From positions 704,001 to 768,000 of the forward strand of contig CAXXHO010000003.1 in assembly GCA_963667725.2 (NCBI GenBank): DNA of 64,000 nucleotides, in the 5' to 3' direction. Made by a program: the position numbers and the translations under genes. The stretch is from Treponemataceae bacterium (GTDB lineage Bacteria > Spirochaetota > Spirochaetia > Treponematales > Rectinemataceae). Shown piece after piece: positions 39,418 through 48,142 of the stretch (positions are counted from its first letter, which is position 1; every line of letters begins with the position of its first letter). The notes under the pieces are model-generated. The model searched no databases. It was not told where the DNA came from and saw only the letters and a list, made by a program, of their open reading frames with translations.

Positions 39418-40020
39418 CTATTTTATGAATATTTTCTTGCACAGCTCGGTGAAGTCGATGGCGTTGTCTATGACGGTGAGCGGAATCTTGTATTTCGCCT
39501 TGAGCTTGTCGAAACGTTGGTCGGTATTGCCGCCCTTGATGACGATCATCCAGTCCGCGCTCGGGCAGATGGTGTCGATGCAGCGCTCGTTGGGGTTTGT
39601 AGCGATGGTGGAACGCTTGTCCTTCTCGAGCAGCACGGCGATGATCGGCAGCTTGCTGTCCTTGGCCGTCTTCACCATTTTCTGGAGCCTGGCGATTTCC
39701 TGGTCGATGGTGATGCCCGAGGCGCCCAGACCCTTGTCCGAGGATCCGATGATTACCATCAGCGCCTTGTAGGGTCTTTCCTTGATGTCCGTCTCCACCG
39801 GCTCCGATTTGTACCAGAAATCCTGATCCAGCATGATGGTCTTGGTCTGCGACACGAGAAGCCGCGCCATCTTCCCTCCAGGTCCCTGACCAGCGTTGGT
39901 GATGAGCATAGGAAGCCCGTACTGTTTGATAGGATCTCCCGAACTGGCGGCGAAGACGAATCCCGGCGTGACGACAAACAGAGCCGCGAGCGCCAAGAGC
40001 AGAGTCGTTCCTTTACGCAT
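39418..40020 (-). CDS. Exported protein resembling the DUF6305 family
   Basis: Signal peptide; LIT.AGQ.P, IG.S.KGLGA.G...DQE..R and GN.D..F motifs recalled from DUF6305 (no search run). Confidence 0.65.
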   Translation of the reverse strand: MRKGTTLLLALAALFVVTPGFVFAASSGDPIKQYGLPMLITNAGQGPGGKMARLLVSQTKTIMLDQDFWYKSEPVETDIKERPYKALMVIIGSSDKGLGASGITIDQEIARLQKMVKTAKDSKLPIIAVLLEKDKRSTIATNPNERCIDTICPSADWMIVIKGGNTDQRFDKLKAKYKIPLTVIDNAIDFTELCKKIFIK

Positions 40021-40117
40021 TTGTGTATCTCCTTTTCCATTAATAATTCTATATATATTAATTATACAGATGTGCAGCTGCGTTGGCTGATTTCAGTCAG
40101 TCGATTGAGCTGGTCAC

Positions 40118-40145
40118 ATTCTATAGCAGGTTGACATGTTGTCAA
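40118..40145 (-). promoter_or_regulatory. Putative promoter of the DUF6305...pgs run with an overlapping palindrome
   Basis: TTGACA-N16-TAGAAT on the minus strand; palindrome TTGACA-tgt-TGTCAA at 40131-40145. Confidence 0.5.
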
Positions 40146-40366
40146 GGCAACTCGCCGGCTAATTCGAATATGTACACCAGAATTTTGTGAAACATAGTTA
40201 ATTCTTGTTGCAGGATGAAATTGTTTCTATCGGAAGAATTGTGGATTTATATCCATTTTAACGTGTATATAATCATATTAATACCAAAAACGCCTAACGT
40301 TGACACGCTTGGACGCGATGTTTTTTGCGGACTATTTTAAGCGCTGAAACACGGCCCGGTCATTTT

Positions 40367-42934
40367 TCATCTCTTCTCGAATAGCCTCGTAAAGACAGGC
40401 AGCTTCGCTATCTCATTCGCCAGGATCGCCACGAGGCTCGTCACCGCGCAGAAGGCTATCTCCCAGGGATGAAGCGGTGAGAAGCTGAATATTTTTTCGT
40501 TGACCGCCGGCACGAAGATGGCGATGCCGAGGAAAGTCACAGCCGCCAGACATACCCACCACAGCGCCTTGTTGGGCACCCTCAGGCTCTGGAAGATGCT
40601 TCGCGACCATGAGCGGTTGGCGAAAATCATGCCGATGTTGCCGAAAACAAGCGTGACAAAGGAGATGGCGCGGGCCTCGCCTTCGCCGAACCCCTGTCCC
40701 AAACCCCAGGCGTAGATGCCCGCGACGATGGCGAATACGACGAGCCCCTGGCATAGACCGGTAAATACCATCCTTGGCCCGAAGAGCTTTTCCTTCTTGC
40801 TGCGAGGCCTGCGCTTCATGATGTCTTCTTCCTCTTCCTCCATCTCGAAGACGATGGAGCAGGCTGGATCGATGATGAGTTCGAGGAACATGATGTGGAC
40901 AGGGAGGAGCGCGAGAGGCCAGCCGAAAAGGACGGGGAGGAGGGACATCCCGGCAATGGGCAGGTGGACTGAAAATATGAAGGTCATGGCCTTCTGCAGG
41001 TTGTCGTAGATTCTTCTTCCAAGCCTGATGGCGGCCACGATGGAGGAGAAATCGTCGTCGAGAAGGACGAGGCCGGCCGATTCCCGGGCGACGTCGGTGC
41101 CCCTGCCGCCCATGGCGATGCCGATATCGGCGGCCTTGAGGGCCGGCGAATCGTTGACGCCGTCGCCCGTCATGGCCACCACCTCGCCGTTGCTCTTGAG
41201 CGCCTGGACGATCCTGAGTTTCTGCTCGGGCACGGCGCGGGCGAATATGCTCACCTCGCCGATGCGCATGGCGAGGTCGGCGTCGCTCATCCTGTCCATT
41301 TCTGGACCGGTTATGACTTTGTCGGGATTCGGGAGGCCTATGGTCCTGGCTATGTTTTTCGCGGTGCCTGAATAGTCGCCCGTTATCATGATGACGCGGA
41401 TGCCCGCCGTCTTGCATTCGGCGACGGCGGCCGGGACCATGGGGCGTACAGGATCCAGAAGCCCGAGGAGGCCCAGAAAGCGGAAATCGAAATCGTGCTG
41501 GATTTCAGGCAGATTCATCTTCGAGAAGGAGGCGCAGGCGACGCCGATGACCCTGAGGCCGTCGTCCGCCATCCCGTCGATGTCGACGTCGAGGGATTTT
41601 CGTTCATCCGCCTTCATATGGCAGAGGTCGGCTATCGCCTCGGGCGCTCCCTTAGCCGCGATGATATAGTTTAGGCCGTCCTTGGATTCCCAGACCCTGC
41701 TCATGGCGAGAAGCTCCGCCGACAGGGAGTATTCGCGCACGAGGGACCAGTCTTCGTGCAGATGCTCCGTGTTGTGCAGCGTACGGGCGCCCAGTTCCTT
41801 CATCGCTTTTTCCATGGGTTCGAAAGGATCGGCGGGGCTCGCCAGAATGGAATATTCCACGATTTCGTGGAACTCGTCGGGCAGCGAGGCGGCCTTGCCC
41901 GACACTTCGCATAGGCGGCCTCGGGAGCAGAGCCGGGCGACGGTCATTCTGTTCAGGGTGAGGGTGCCGGTCTTGTCGGTGCAGAGGACGGTGGCCGATC
42001 CGAGGGTTTCGATCGCGTGGGTCTTGCGCGCGAGGACGTTGCGTTTGGATATGCGCCAGGCGCCGAGCGCCAGGAAAATAGTCATGACGACGGGGAATTC
42101 CTCGGGCAGGGTGGCCATGGCCAGGGAAATGCCCGCGAGGATGCCTCGGAGCCAGTCCCCTCTCGTGAGCCCGAAGATGACGACGACGAGGAGACAGAGG
42201 CTCACGCCGACGAGAGAGAAGGTCTTGACGATGGTGGCGGTCTGGTGCTGGAGATCACCCTCGTGGCCTTCACCTTCATCGAGAGTCTGGAGCGCCTTGC
42301 CGATCTTGCCGATTTCCGTGTTGAGGCCCGTGCCGAGCACGCGCGCTATGCCTTGTCCCTGGACTATCATGGAACCCGAGTAGACAAAAGGCCGGTCGTC
42401 GCCGCCGGGCCTGCCGAAGGCTTCCACGCCGTTCCAGCCGCTTTTGCGCACGGGCACCGATTCGCCCGTTAAAAGAGATTCGTCCGCGGAGAGGTTGGTG
42501 GCCCGGAGGACGACGGCATCGGCGGGTACCCTGTCGCCTTCGGCAAGGAGGACGATATCGTCGGCCACGACGTCGCGTCCCGCTATGCGCAACTGCTGCC
42601 CGCCGCGGATGACGAGGGCCCGCGGACTCGAGAGGTCGCGAAGAGCGTCGAGGGCCTTTTCGGTCTTGTTTTCCTGGTAGAGGGTTATGCCGATCACCAC
42701 GACGACAAAGCCCATGAGCATCAGGGCTTCGTCGCGGTCGCCGAGGAGGAGATAAAGCGCGCCGCAGGCGATGAGGAGCATGAACATAGGTTCCCTGACG
42801 ACGCTCCATAGTATGAGGAAAATCGAGCGTTTCTTGGACGAGGGCAGTTCGTTGTAGCCGTCGCGGGCAAGGCGCTCCATCACTTCCTGGTCGGAAAGTC
42901 CCTGCAGGGATTCAGGCTGGAAATCATCGTTCAT
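40367..42934 (-). CDS. Cation-translocating P-type ATPase (type II, Ca2+-like)
   Basis: TGES, PEEFP, DKTGTLT, KGAPE, TGD and GDGVND motifs. Confidence 0.93.
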   Translation of the reverse strand: MNDDFQPESLQGLSDQEVMERLARDGYNELPSSKKRSIFLILWSVVREPMFMLLIACGALYLLLGDRDEALMLMGFVVVVIGITLYQENKTEKALDALRDLSSPRALVIRGGQQLRIAGRDVVADDIVLLAEGDRVPADAVVLRATNLSADESLLTGESVPVRKSGWNGVEAFGRPGGDDRPFVYSGSMIVQGQGIARVLGTGLNTEIGKIGKALQTLDEGEGHEGDLQHQTATIVKTFSLVGVSLCLLVVVIFGLTRGDWLRGILAGISLAMATLPEEFPVVMTIFLALGAWRISKRNVLARKTHAIETLGSATVLCTDKTGTLTLNRMTVARLCSRGRLCEVSGKAASLPDEFHEIVEYSILASPADPFEPMEKAMKELGARTLHNTEHLHEDWSLVREYSLSAELLAMSRVWESKDGLNYIIAAKGAPEAIADLCHMKADERKSLDVDIDGMADDGLRVIGVACASFSKMNLPEIQHDFDFRFLGLLGLLDPVRPMVPAAVAECKTAGIRVIMITGDYSGTAKNIARTIGLPNPDKVITGPEMDRMSDADLAMRIGEVSIFARAVPEQKLRIVQALKSNGEVVAMTGDGVNDSPALKAADIGIAMGGRGTDVARESAGLVLLDDDFSSIVAAIRLGRRIYDNLQKAMTFIFSVHLPIAGMSLLPVLFGWPLALLPVHIMFLELIIDPACSIVFEMEEEEEDIMKRRPRSKKEKLFGPRMVFTGLCQGLVVFAIVAGIYAWGLGQGFGEGEARAISFVTLVFGNIGMIFANRSWSRSIFQSLRVPNKALWWVCLAAVTFLGIAIFVPAVNEKIFSFSPLHPWEIAFCAVTSLVAILANEIAKLPVFTRLFEKR

Positions 42935-43052
42935 GCATGCTCCTCTCCGCTCGCGCGAGTGGCGTCCGGCGTAAAGCAGTAATTATAGAACGATATAAAC
43001 TTTTTGTAAATACAGAAAGTTGAGAAAGTTAAGGTACTACAAATAGTCTTCG

Positions 43053-43081
43053 TTGACAGCAAGCCGACCGGTCTCTATACT
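43053..43081 (+). promoter_or_regulatory. sigma70 promoter of the MarR/GbsR gene
   Basis: TTGACA-N17-TATACT, followed by a GGAGG RBS. Confidence 0.7.
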
Positions 43082-43102
43082 CAAAGCATCCGGAGGGCCT
43101 TC

Positions 43103-43570
43103 GTGATCCATAACATAGACGAGATGCATTTCATAGAAGATTTGGGACTCTTCTTCGAGCAGCTGGGAATGCCGCGGATGAACGGCCGCGTCCTGGGTAC
43201 CATACTCATCTCCGATGAAATCAGCCTTTCGCTCAATGATATATGCGACACGCTAGGAGCCTCGAAAAGCGCCGTCTCCGTCGCCGCCAAGCATCTCGTC
43301 GCCGAAGGCATACTCGAACCGGCGCACTCGCCCGTGCCACGCAGAGATTACTTCCGCTTCAAGTCGGGCGGCTGGCTCACTTTCATGCGTTCCCGCATGG
43401 AGATCCTCGCCGGCCTCCACGAGATCGCCGACCGGGGGCTCGCGCTCAAGAAAGAGTCCGATCCAGCCCTGAAGGTGCGGATCGAGGAAGCGCACGACAT
43501 CTTCGAATTCGTCGAGAAGGAATTCCCCGACTGGCTCTCGCGCATGTCGGCCAAACGCAGGCAGAAATAG
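43103..43570 (+). CDS. GbsR/MarR-family transcriptional regulator
   Basis: GMPRMNGRVLG, LSL.DI...LGASKS.VS and RRDYF motifs; divergent from the P-type ATPase. Confidence 0.87.
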   Translation: MIHNIDEMHFIEDLGLFFEQLGMPRMNGRVLGTILISDEISLSLNDICDTLGASKSAVSVAAKHLVAEGILEPAHSPVPRRDYFRFKSGGWLTFMRSRMEILAGLHEIADRGLALKKESDPALKVRIEEAHDIFEFVEKEFPDWLSRMSAKRRQK

Positions 43571-43576
43571 CGCCGC

Positions 43577-44209
43577 TCAGTTCATTTTATAGATAATCCT
43601 CGGAAAGGCGCTCATCAGCAGCGAGGCCAGGTTTTTCATGTCCGCGTCCTTGGTGGCCGGGTTCTTGAGCCAGAGGAGAAGCTGTTCTGGGTAGCTTCCC
43701 TTTTCGCCGATGACCCAGGGATTGAAGGCCTCGCGGAAGTCGCTCTTCGTGAACTGCAGGGTGAATTTCCCGTTGGCGACGATGGCCGGTTCGTCGGCGG
43801 GCACGAGACCTATGGAGCCGCCGTCCAGGAGAATGTAGTTCTTTTCGCCAAGGTTGGTCGCTATAGCAGGGCTTCCTTCGAGGCGGAATACAATGTAGGC
43901 GTGGCGCGGAAGTTTCTGGTTCGTTCTATCGAAACGATAGAGATACGCTCCCCCGCCGGTTTCCTTAATGTCGGCGAAGCGATAATCGGTGAGCATGAGT
44001 GCGGCCATGTTGTTGCCGAAATCGCGCAACGTCACGAGAAGAGGCATCACGATTTCTGTCCTGGCCTTCGCCTCGGGAATGATATCCAGTTTGTAGACGA
44101 CCGGCCGCGTGGTCGCGCAGGAAGCGGCGATCATGGCGAGAGCGAGAACCGCGCCCGACAGGAAGGCGCCGCGCGTGAGTTTTGAGAAAGCAATCCGGAT
44201 GTGTTTCAT
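43577..44209 (-). CDS. Hypothetical lipoprotein
   Basis: Signal peptide with AASC lipobox; GGAGG RBS; TTGACA-N17-TAGGGT promoter at 44266-44238. Confidence 0.72.
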   Translation of the reverse strand: MKHIRIAFSKLTRGAFLSGAVLALAMIAASCATTRPVVYKLDIIPEAKARTEIVMPLLVTLRDFGNNMAALMLTDYRFADIKETGGGAYLYRFDRTNQKLPRHAYIVFRLEGSPAIATNLGEKNYILLDGGSIGLVPADEPAIVANGKFTLQFTKSDFREAFNPWVIGEKGSYPEQLLLWLKNPATKDADMKNLASLLMSAFPRIIYKMN

Positions 44210-44340
44210 GGTAGCCTCCCTTCACTTGTATGATACAACCCTAGAGGAGGCGGAGGCGATTGTCAAGTTTTTCGCCGCGCCGGACTCTTTGAAGCGCCGT
44301 TTCCCGCAGCGGGAGAATCGAAGGCGGCATGGCGGGCTCC

Positions 44341-44369
44341 TTGCACGAGGAGAGCCGTAATAGTAGAGT
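44341..44369 (+). promoter_or_regulatory. Promoter of the radical SAM operon (leaderless)
   Basis: TTGCAC-N17-TAGAGT ending 6 nt before ATG 44376; no SD sequence in between. Confidence 0.6.
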
Positions 44370-44375
44370 CTGGGC

Positions 44376-44996
44376 ATGCTTCCCAAGGATTATCTGAAAT
44401 GGTACGCGCGCTCTCCGCTGGGGATCGGCAGCGGCTTCGCGGGGCTGGCCGCCGCTCTCGCGGGCGTCGCCGGCGGAATTCCGGCAGGCTTCGCGCTCTT
44501 GGCGGGATCGGCCATCGTCATTTCGGCCGGATTGGTCTCTCTTCTTGTCGGGGCTGGACCTAAATCAGCCATCGCCGCCAGGGAAGCGGCGCTCGGTCGC
44601 GACAGGGCGAAGAAGCTGAGCCATGCCGACGCCTCGAGGGAAAAGCTGGCGCGGATCAGGATCGCCGAGGGGCCCGCGGCCGATGCCGTCCGACTCGTCG
44701 CGCTGGCCGCGGGCGAGTATCTGGATGCCTGCAGGCGTGAAGGCAAGGACGATCCACTAGCCGACGCCGCGCTGGACGAGGCTCTCGATATCGTCGACAT
44801 TTTTCAAAAGGAAAAAGACGAAGCCGCCACCGAGAAACGCTTTGGGCTGGAGGACGCGGACCCCTTCGCGGACGCGGAAAGCCGCGTTGCCGCTGCGCTG
44901 CGCGAAAAAGCGGGGCTTCTGCGGGAGCGGCGGATTCAGATAGACGGCGGCTTACCCGCGTCCGGCCGCATGTCGGTCAGGGAGGAGATTGAATGA
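44376..44996 (+). CDS. Hypothetical membrane protein (two N-terminal TMs, helical C-terminus)
   Basis: Hydrophobic N-terminus and charged helical tail; stop overlaps the next ATG (ATGA). Confidence 0.72.
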   Translation: MLPKDYLKWYARSPLGIGSGFAGLAAALAGVAGGIPAGFALLAGSAIVISAGLVSLLVGAGPKSAIAAREAALGRDRAKKLSHADASREKLARIRIAEGPAADAVRLVALAAGEYLDACRREGKDDPLADAALDEALDIVDIFQKEKDEAATEKRFGLEDADPFADAESRVAAALREKAGLLRERRIQIDGGLPASGRMSVREEIE

Positions 44997-46720
44997 AACG
45001 AACGCGTTTCGGGGCAATGCTCGCCATCGCGCTTTTCGCTCTCGTGGGCGGCCTGTCCGCCCTTTCGACATCGCTGGAGTCGGCCGACATCACGGTGGTC
45101 TTGAGGACCGACGGCAAAGCGGATCTGTACTACTGCCTCAAATGGGAAGCCTCGGGCGGCCAGATGCACGGATTCTATTTCCAGGGCGAAGCCTTCGAAC
45201 CTGTCTGGGACATGAACGGCTGCTATGCCGACCTCCCCGGCGGCCTCCGCCAGCCTCTTTCCATAAAACCGATGGGTTCGGGAAAATTCGATGTCATTCT
45301 CTCGGACGGCAAGGGCTTCTCCGGCAGCGCCTACTACTTCCTGCACTATGCGGGGGATTTCGCCCGCGCCGGCCTCATCGGCAGGACAACCAGCCAGGAG
45401 TTCGGGGATCTTCTCTACTTCGACTGGGCTCCCGTCGAGTGGGATGCGGGCATGGAATCGCGGACGGTGAGGCTCGTACTCCCCATGAAGGTGGCTGGCG
45501 AGTCGCTCACCGAAACCGAGCGTTCCGGCGTCCCTCTGAAAACCGAAAAATCGGTGAATGCCGAGAACAAGATAGATTACTACGGCTCGAAGGGCGATGA
45601 CGGCTCATATTACCTGACGCTGAGGTTTTTCCAGGAAAAGCTCGCGGCGCGGCAAACCCAGCGCCTGCGGCTGTATTTCCCCGAAGGCTATCTGCCCATG
45701 ACGGCGGCCTTCGATGAGGCGGCGGGACAGGCAGGGGCCACGGGGCAGCTTGGAGCCATGGGGGAGCCCGGCGCCAATGGGCAGCCCGGCGCCGCGGAAG
45801 GCTCGGGCGGTAACGGAGAAAGCCTGCGCGGCCTCAGGCTGCTGACGAATCCCCTCGTCGCGGTTCCGGCCTTCGCGGCGCTCATCGCGCTGGCGCTGTA
45901 CCTTTACATGCTGAACCTTCGCCGCTACGGAAAGCGCGCCGCCCTCGTGAAGGGAATCGCCTGGGCCGGCGATTCCTGGGTGCCGCCCAAGCTGTTTACC
46001 GGAACCTATCAGGTTCCGGGCAAGATAGCCGAGGATCTGCATCCCGCCGAAGTGGCGCTTCTCTTCGAGTTTCCCCTCGCCAGGGTCGTCGCCCTCATGC
46101 TCGAAGGGCTGCGAAGTCAGGGAATCATCACGATCGCTGAGGAAAATCCCTTGAGGATTTCCATCCTGAGCCGGAATGAGGCGAAGGACGAGATAGAGGA
46201 AAGCTTCCTCGCCTGCTTCGATGCCGAGGGCAGGGTCCTGTCCGGCCTGATGATGGACTTCTTCGAGGCGACGATACGCGGGCTCCAGGAAAAGCTCTGG
46301 GACTGCGACATGGAGGCGACGAAGGCTCATTACCGGGCCCTGCTGGCCGAAGCCGAGACGATGGAGTCGGAGCGAAAAAGCGGCGAAGCGCTCATGGACG
46401 AAGAACGCCGGCTCGCCTGGCGCGCCCGCAACCATTACTGGTACTACTGGCATGGCTACTGCTATGTCCATTCCCATCCCGCGCGCTTCTTGGGGCTGGG
46501 ACTTCCCGAGGCGCTCTCGACGGGCTACAGCGATTTCATGCGATCTTCGGCCTGCTTCTCCGGCTGCTTCACTCCCGGCAAGGAAGGCCAAGCGGGAGCC
46601 TGCTATTCGGCCTGCCACAACGCTTGCCATGATGCCTGCCATTCGGCCTGTCATTCAGCATGCCATTCGGCCTGCCACTCGGCATGCCATTCGGCATGCG
46701 TATCCGGAGGCGGTCATTGA
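44993..46720 (+). CDS. DUF2207-like single-pass membrane protein with C-terminal (C-H/Y-x-A)n repeat; candidate radical SAM target
   Basis: Signal peptide, beta-rich ectodomain (ADITVVLRTDG), Gly-X-Y linker, TM followed by RRYGKR, LHPAEVALL motif, and tail CYSACHNACHDA(CHSA)5CVSGGGH. Confidence 0.8.
   Translation: MKRTRFGAMLAIALFALVGGLSALSTSLESADITVVLRTDGKADLYYCLKWEASGGQMHGFYFQGEAFEPVWDMNGCYADLPGGLRQPLSIKPMGSGKFDVILSDGKGFSGSAYYFLHYAGDFARAGLIGRTTSQEFGDLLYFDWAPVEWDAGMESRTVRLVLPMKVAGESLTETERSGVPLKTEKSVNAENKIDYYGSKGDDGSYYLTLRFFQEKLAARQTQRLRLYFPEGYLPMTAAFDEAAGQAGATGQLGAMGEPGANGQPGAAEGSGGNGESLRGLRLLTNPLVAVPAFAALIALALYLYMLNLRRYGKRAALVKGIAWAGDSWVPPKLFTGTYQVPGKIAEDLHPAEVALLFEFPLARVVALMLEGLRSQGIITIAEENPLRISILSRNEAKDEIEESFLACFDAEGRVLSGLMMDFFEATIRGLQEKLWDCDMEATKAHYRALLAEAETMESERKSGEALMDEERRLAWRARNHYWYYWHGYCYVHSHPARFLGLGLPEALSTGYSDFMRSSACFSGCFTPGKEGQAGACYSACHNACHDACHSACHSACHSACHSACHSACVSGGGH
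46601..46708 (+). repeat. Nine 12-bp tandem units encoding C-(Y/H/V)-x-(A/G)
   Basis: tgctattcggcc tgccacaacgct tgccatgatgcc tgccattcggcc tgtcattcagca tgccattcggcc tgccactcggca tgccattcggca tgcgtatccgga. Confidence 0.95.
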
Positions 46721-48138
46721 TCGGCGGCGATCAGAACGCGCGCGGAGGGAGCCAAGGCGACCGACCAGATCTCTCCTGGGTGCCGGGATTCTGGGAATCC
46801 GTGCGCGATTACATGTTCGTGCGCGAGGAGGACAACGTCGTCATTCTTCCGCCCAACATGGTCTATAAAACCAACGAAACGGGCGTGAAGATCCTCGCGG
46901 CCCTCGATTCGGGCCAGAAAATCGAGAAGCTGCCGGGAATGGACGCGGCGAAGCTGCGCGACATCGCCGGTTTTCTTTCGGACATCAAGGATATCTGCGA
47001 CGGCCGCCAGGTGACGACAGAGCGCGTCGCCTACGGCTTCGACTTCACCCGACTCCCCATCCTGGGGGAGATCGCCGTCACCTACCGCTGCAACAACCGC
47101 TGCCTTTTCTGCTACGCGGGCTGCGGGAGCGGAGGGAGCTGCGGATCCGGGCAGGCCTTTCCTTCCGGCATGGCCTCGGAAGAGATGGATACGCGGGAAA
47201 TTAAGCGCGTTATTGACATTTTCAGGGAAAAGGCCAAAATTCCCTTTTTCTCCTTCACCGGGGGGGAGCCGCTGCTCAGGACCGACCTCGAGGAGTTCAT
47301 CGCCTATGCCGACGGGAAACATCTTCGCGTCAATTTGATCACGAACGGCACGTTGGCGAACCCCGAGCGCGCCCGGTCCCTCTACAAGGCGGGCTTGAGG
47401 ACGGCCCAGGTGAGCCTTGAAAGTCCCGACGCCGCGATCCACGATCGTCTCTGCGGCGCCCCGGGCGCGCACGAGCGCACCTTGGCGGGCATCGAAGCGC
47501 TCGCCGCCGCGGGAATCCGCGTCCAGACCAACTCGACCCTTACCCGGCCCAACAGGGAGAGCCTTCTCTCGATGCCCGCCTACCTGAAGAGCCTCGGCGT
47601 CGAGCGTTTTTCGATGAACCTCTACATCCCGGCTGCCAATTCCGAGCGGGCGCCCGAGCTCTTCGTGGCCTATTCGGATACCGGCGCCTTTGTCGACGAA
47701 ATCCGCCGGCAAGCCTTCAGGGAAGGGCTCACTTTCTTCTGGTATTCACCGACGCCGCTCTGCATCTACAATCCCGTCGCCAGGGGTTTGGGCAACAAGA
47801 GCTGCGCCGCCGCCGACGGTCTCCTGAGCGTGAATCCCGCCGGCGATATCCTGCCCTGTTCCTCCTATCCCGAATCGCTCGGCAACATTCTGAAGAAAGA
47901 TTTTTCGGATATCTGGTTCTCGGAACGCGCCGCCCACTTCAAGAATAAACGCTACGCTCCCGAATCCTGCGAAAGCTGCGGTTCATTCACCGCCTGCCAG
48001 GCCGCCTGCCCTCTTTATTGGGACTACGCTGGCTACGGCGAGCTCGAGAACGCAAGGAAAACGATGGAAACAAGAGCAAGCGGCGATAATCGCGCGATGT
48101 CGCGGCCCGCGGTTTCCGCGGCCGACGAAAAGAGGTAA
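46717..48138 (+). CDS. Radical SAM/SPASM enzyme with N-terminal PqqD/RRE-like region
   Basis: CNNRCLFC, TGGEP, TNG and QVSLE motifs; SPASM C...G.ILPC...LGN...CESC...CQAACP. TTG start at 46717 overlaps the upstream TGA and has a GGAGG RBS. Confidence 0.92.
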   Translation: MIGGDQNARGGSQGDRPDLSWVPGFWESVRDYMFVREEDNVVILPPNMVYKTNETGVKILAALDSGQKIEKLPGMDAAKLRDIAGFLSDIKDICDGRQVTTERVAYGFDFTRLPILGEIAVTYRCNNRCLFCYAGCGSGGSCGSGQAFPSGMASEEMDTREIKRVIDIFREKAKIPFFSFTGGEPLLRTDLEEFIAYADGKHLRVNLITNGTLANPERARSLYKAGLRTAQVSLESPDAAIHDRLCGAPGAHERTLAGIEALAAAGIRVQTNSTLTRPNRESLLSMPAYLKSLGVERFSMNLYIPAANSERAPELFVAYSDTGAFVDEIRRQAFREGLTFFWYSPTPLCIYNPVARGLGNKSCAAADGLLSVNPAGDILPCSSYPESLGNILKKDFSDIWFSERAAHFKNKRYAPESCESCGSFTACQAACPLYWDYAGYGELENARKTMETRASGDNRAMSRPAVSAADEKR

Positions 48139-48142
48139 AGCG

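Noticed and set aside
40185..40202. Possible Rex box (TTGTGAA...)
   Set aside because: Only one half-site matches TTGTGAA-N4-TTCACAA.
46601..46708. Tandem repeat as a CRISPR array or non-coding VNTR
   Set aside because: The 12-bp units have no spacers, are in frame and vary synonymously; no cas genes are present.
46601..46708. CxxxCH units as c-type heme attachment sites
   Set aside because: The motifs overlap and share Cys residues, are non-canonical, and are predicted to be cytoplasmic, away from cytochrome c maturation. Not fully excluded if the topology prediction is wrong.
46660..46716. MPFGLPLGMPFGM N-terminus of the rSAM ORF
   Set aside because: An alternate-frame reading of the repeat; TTG 46717 has a proper RBS and stop-start overlap.
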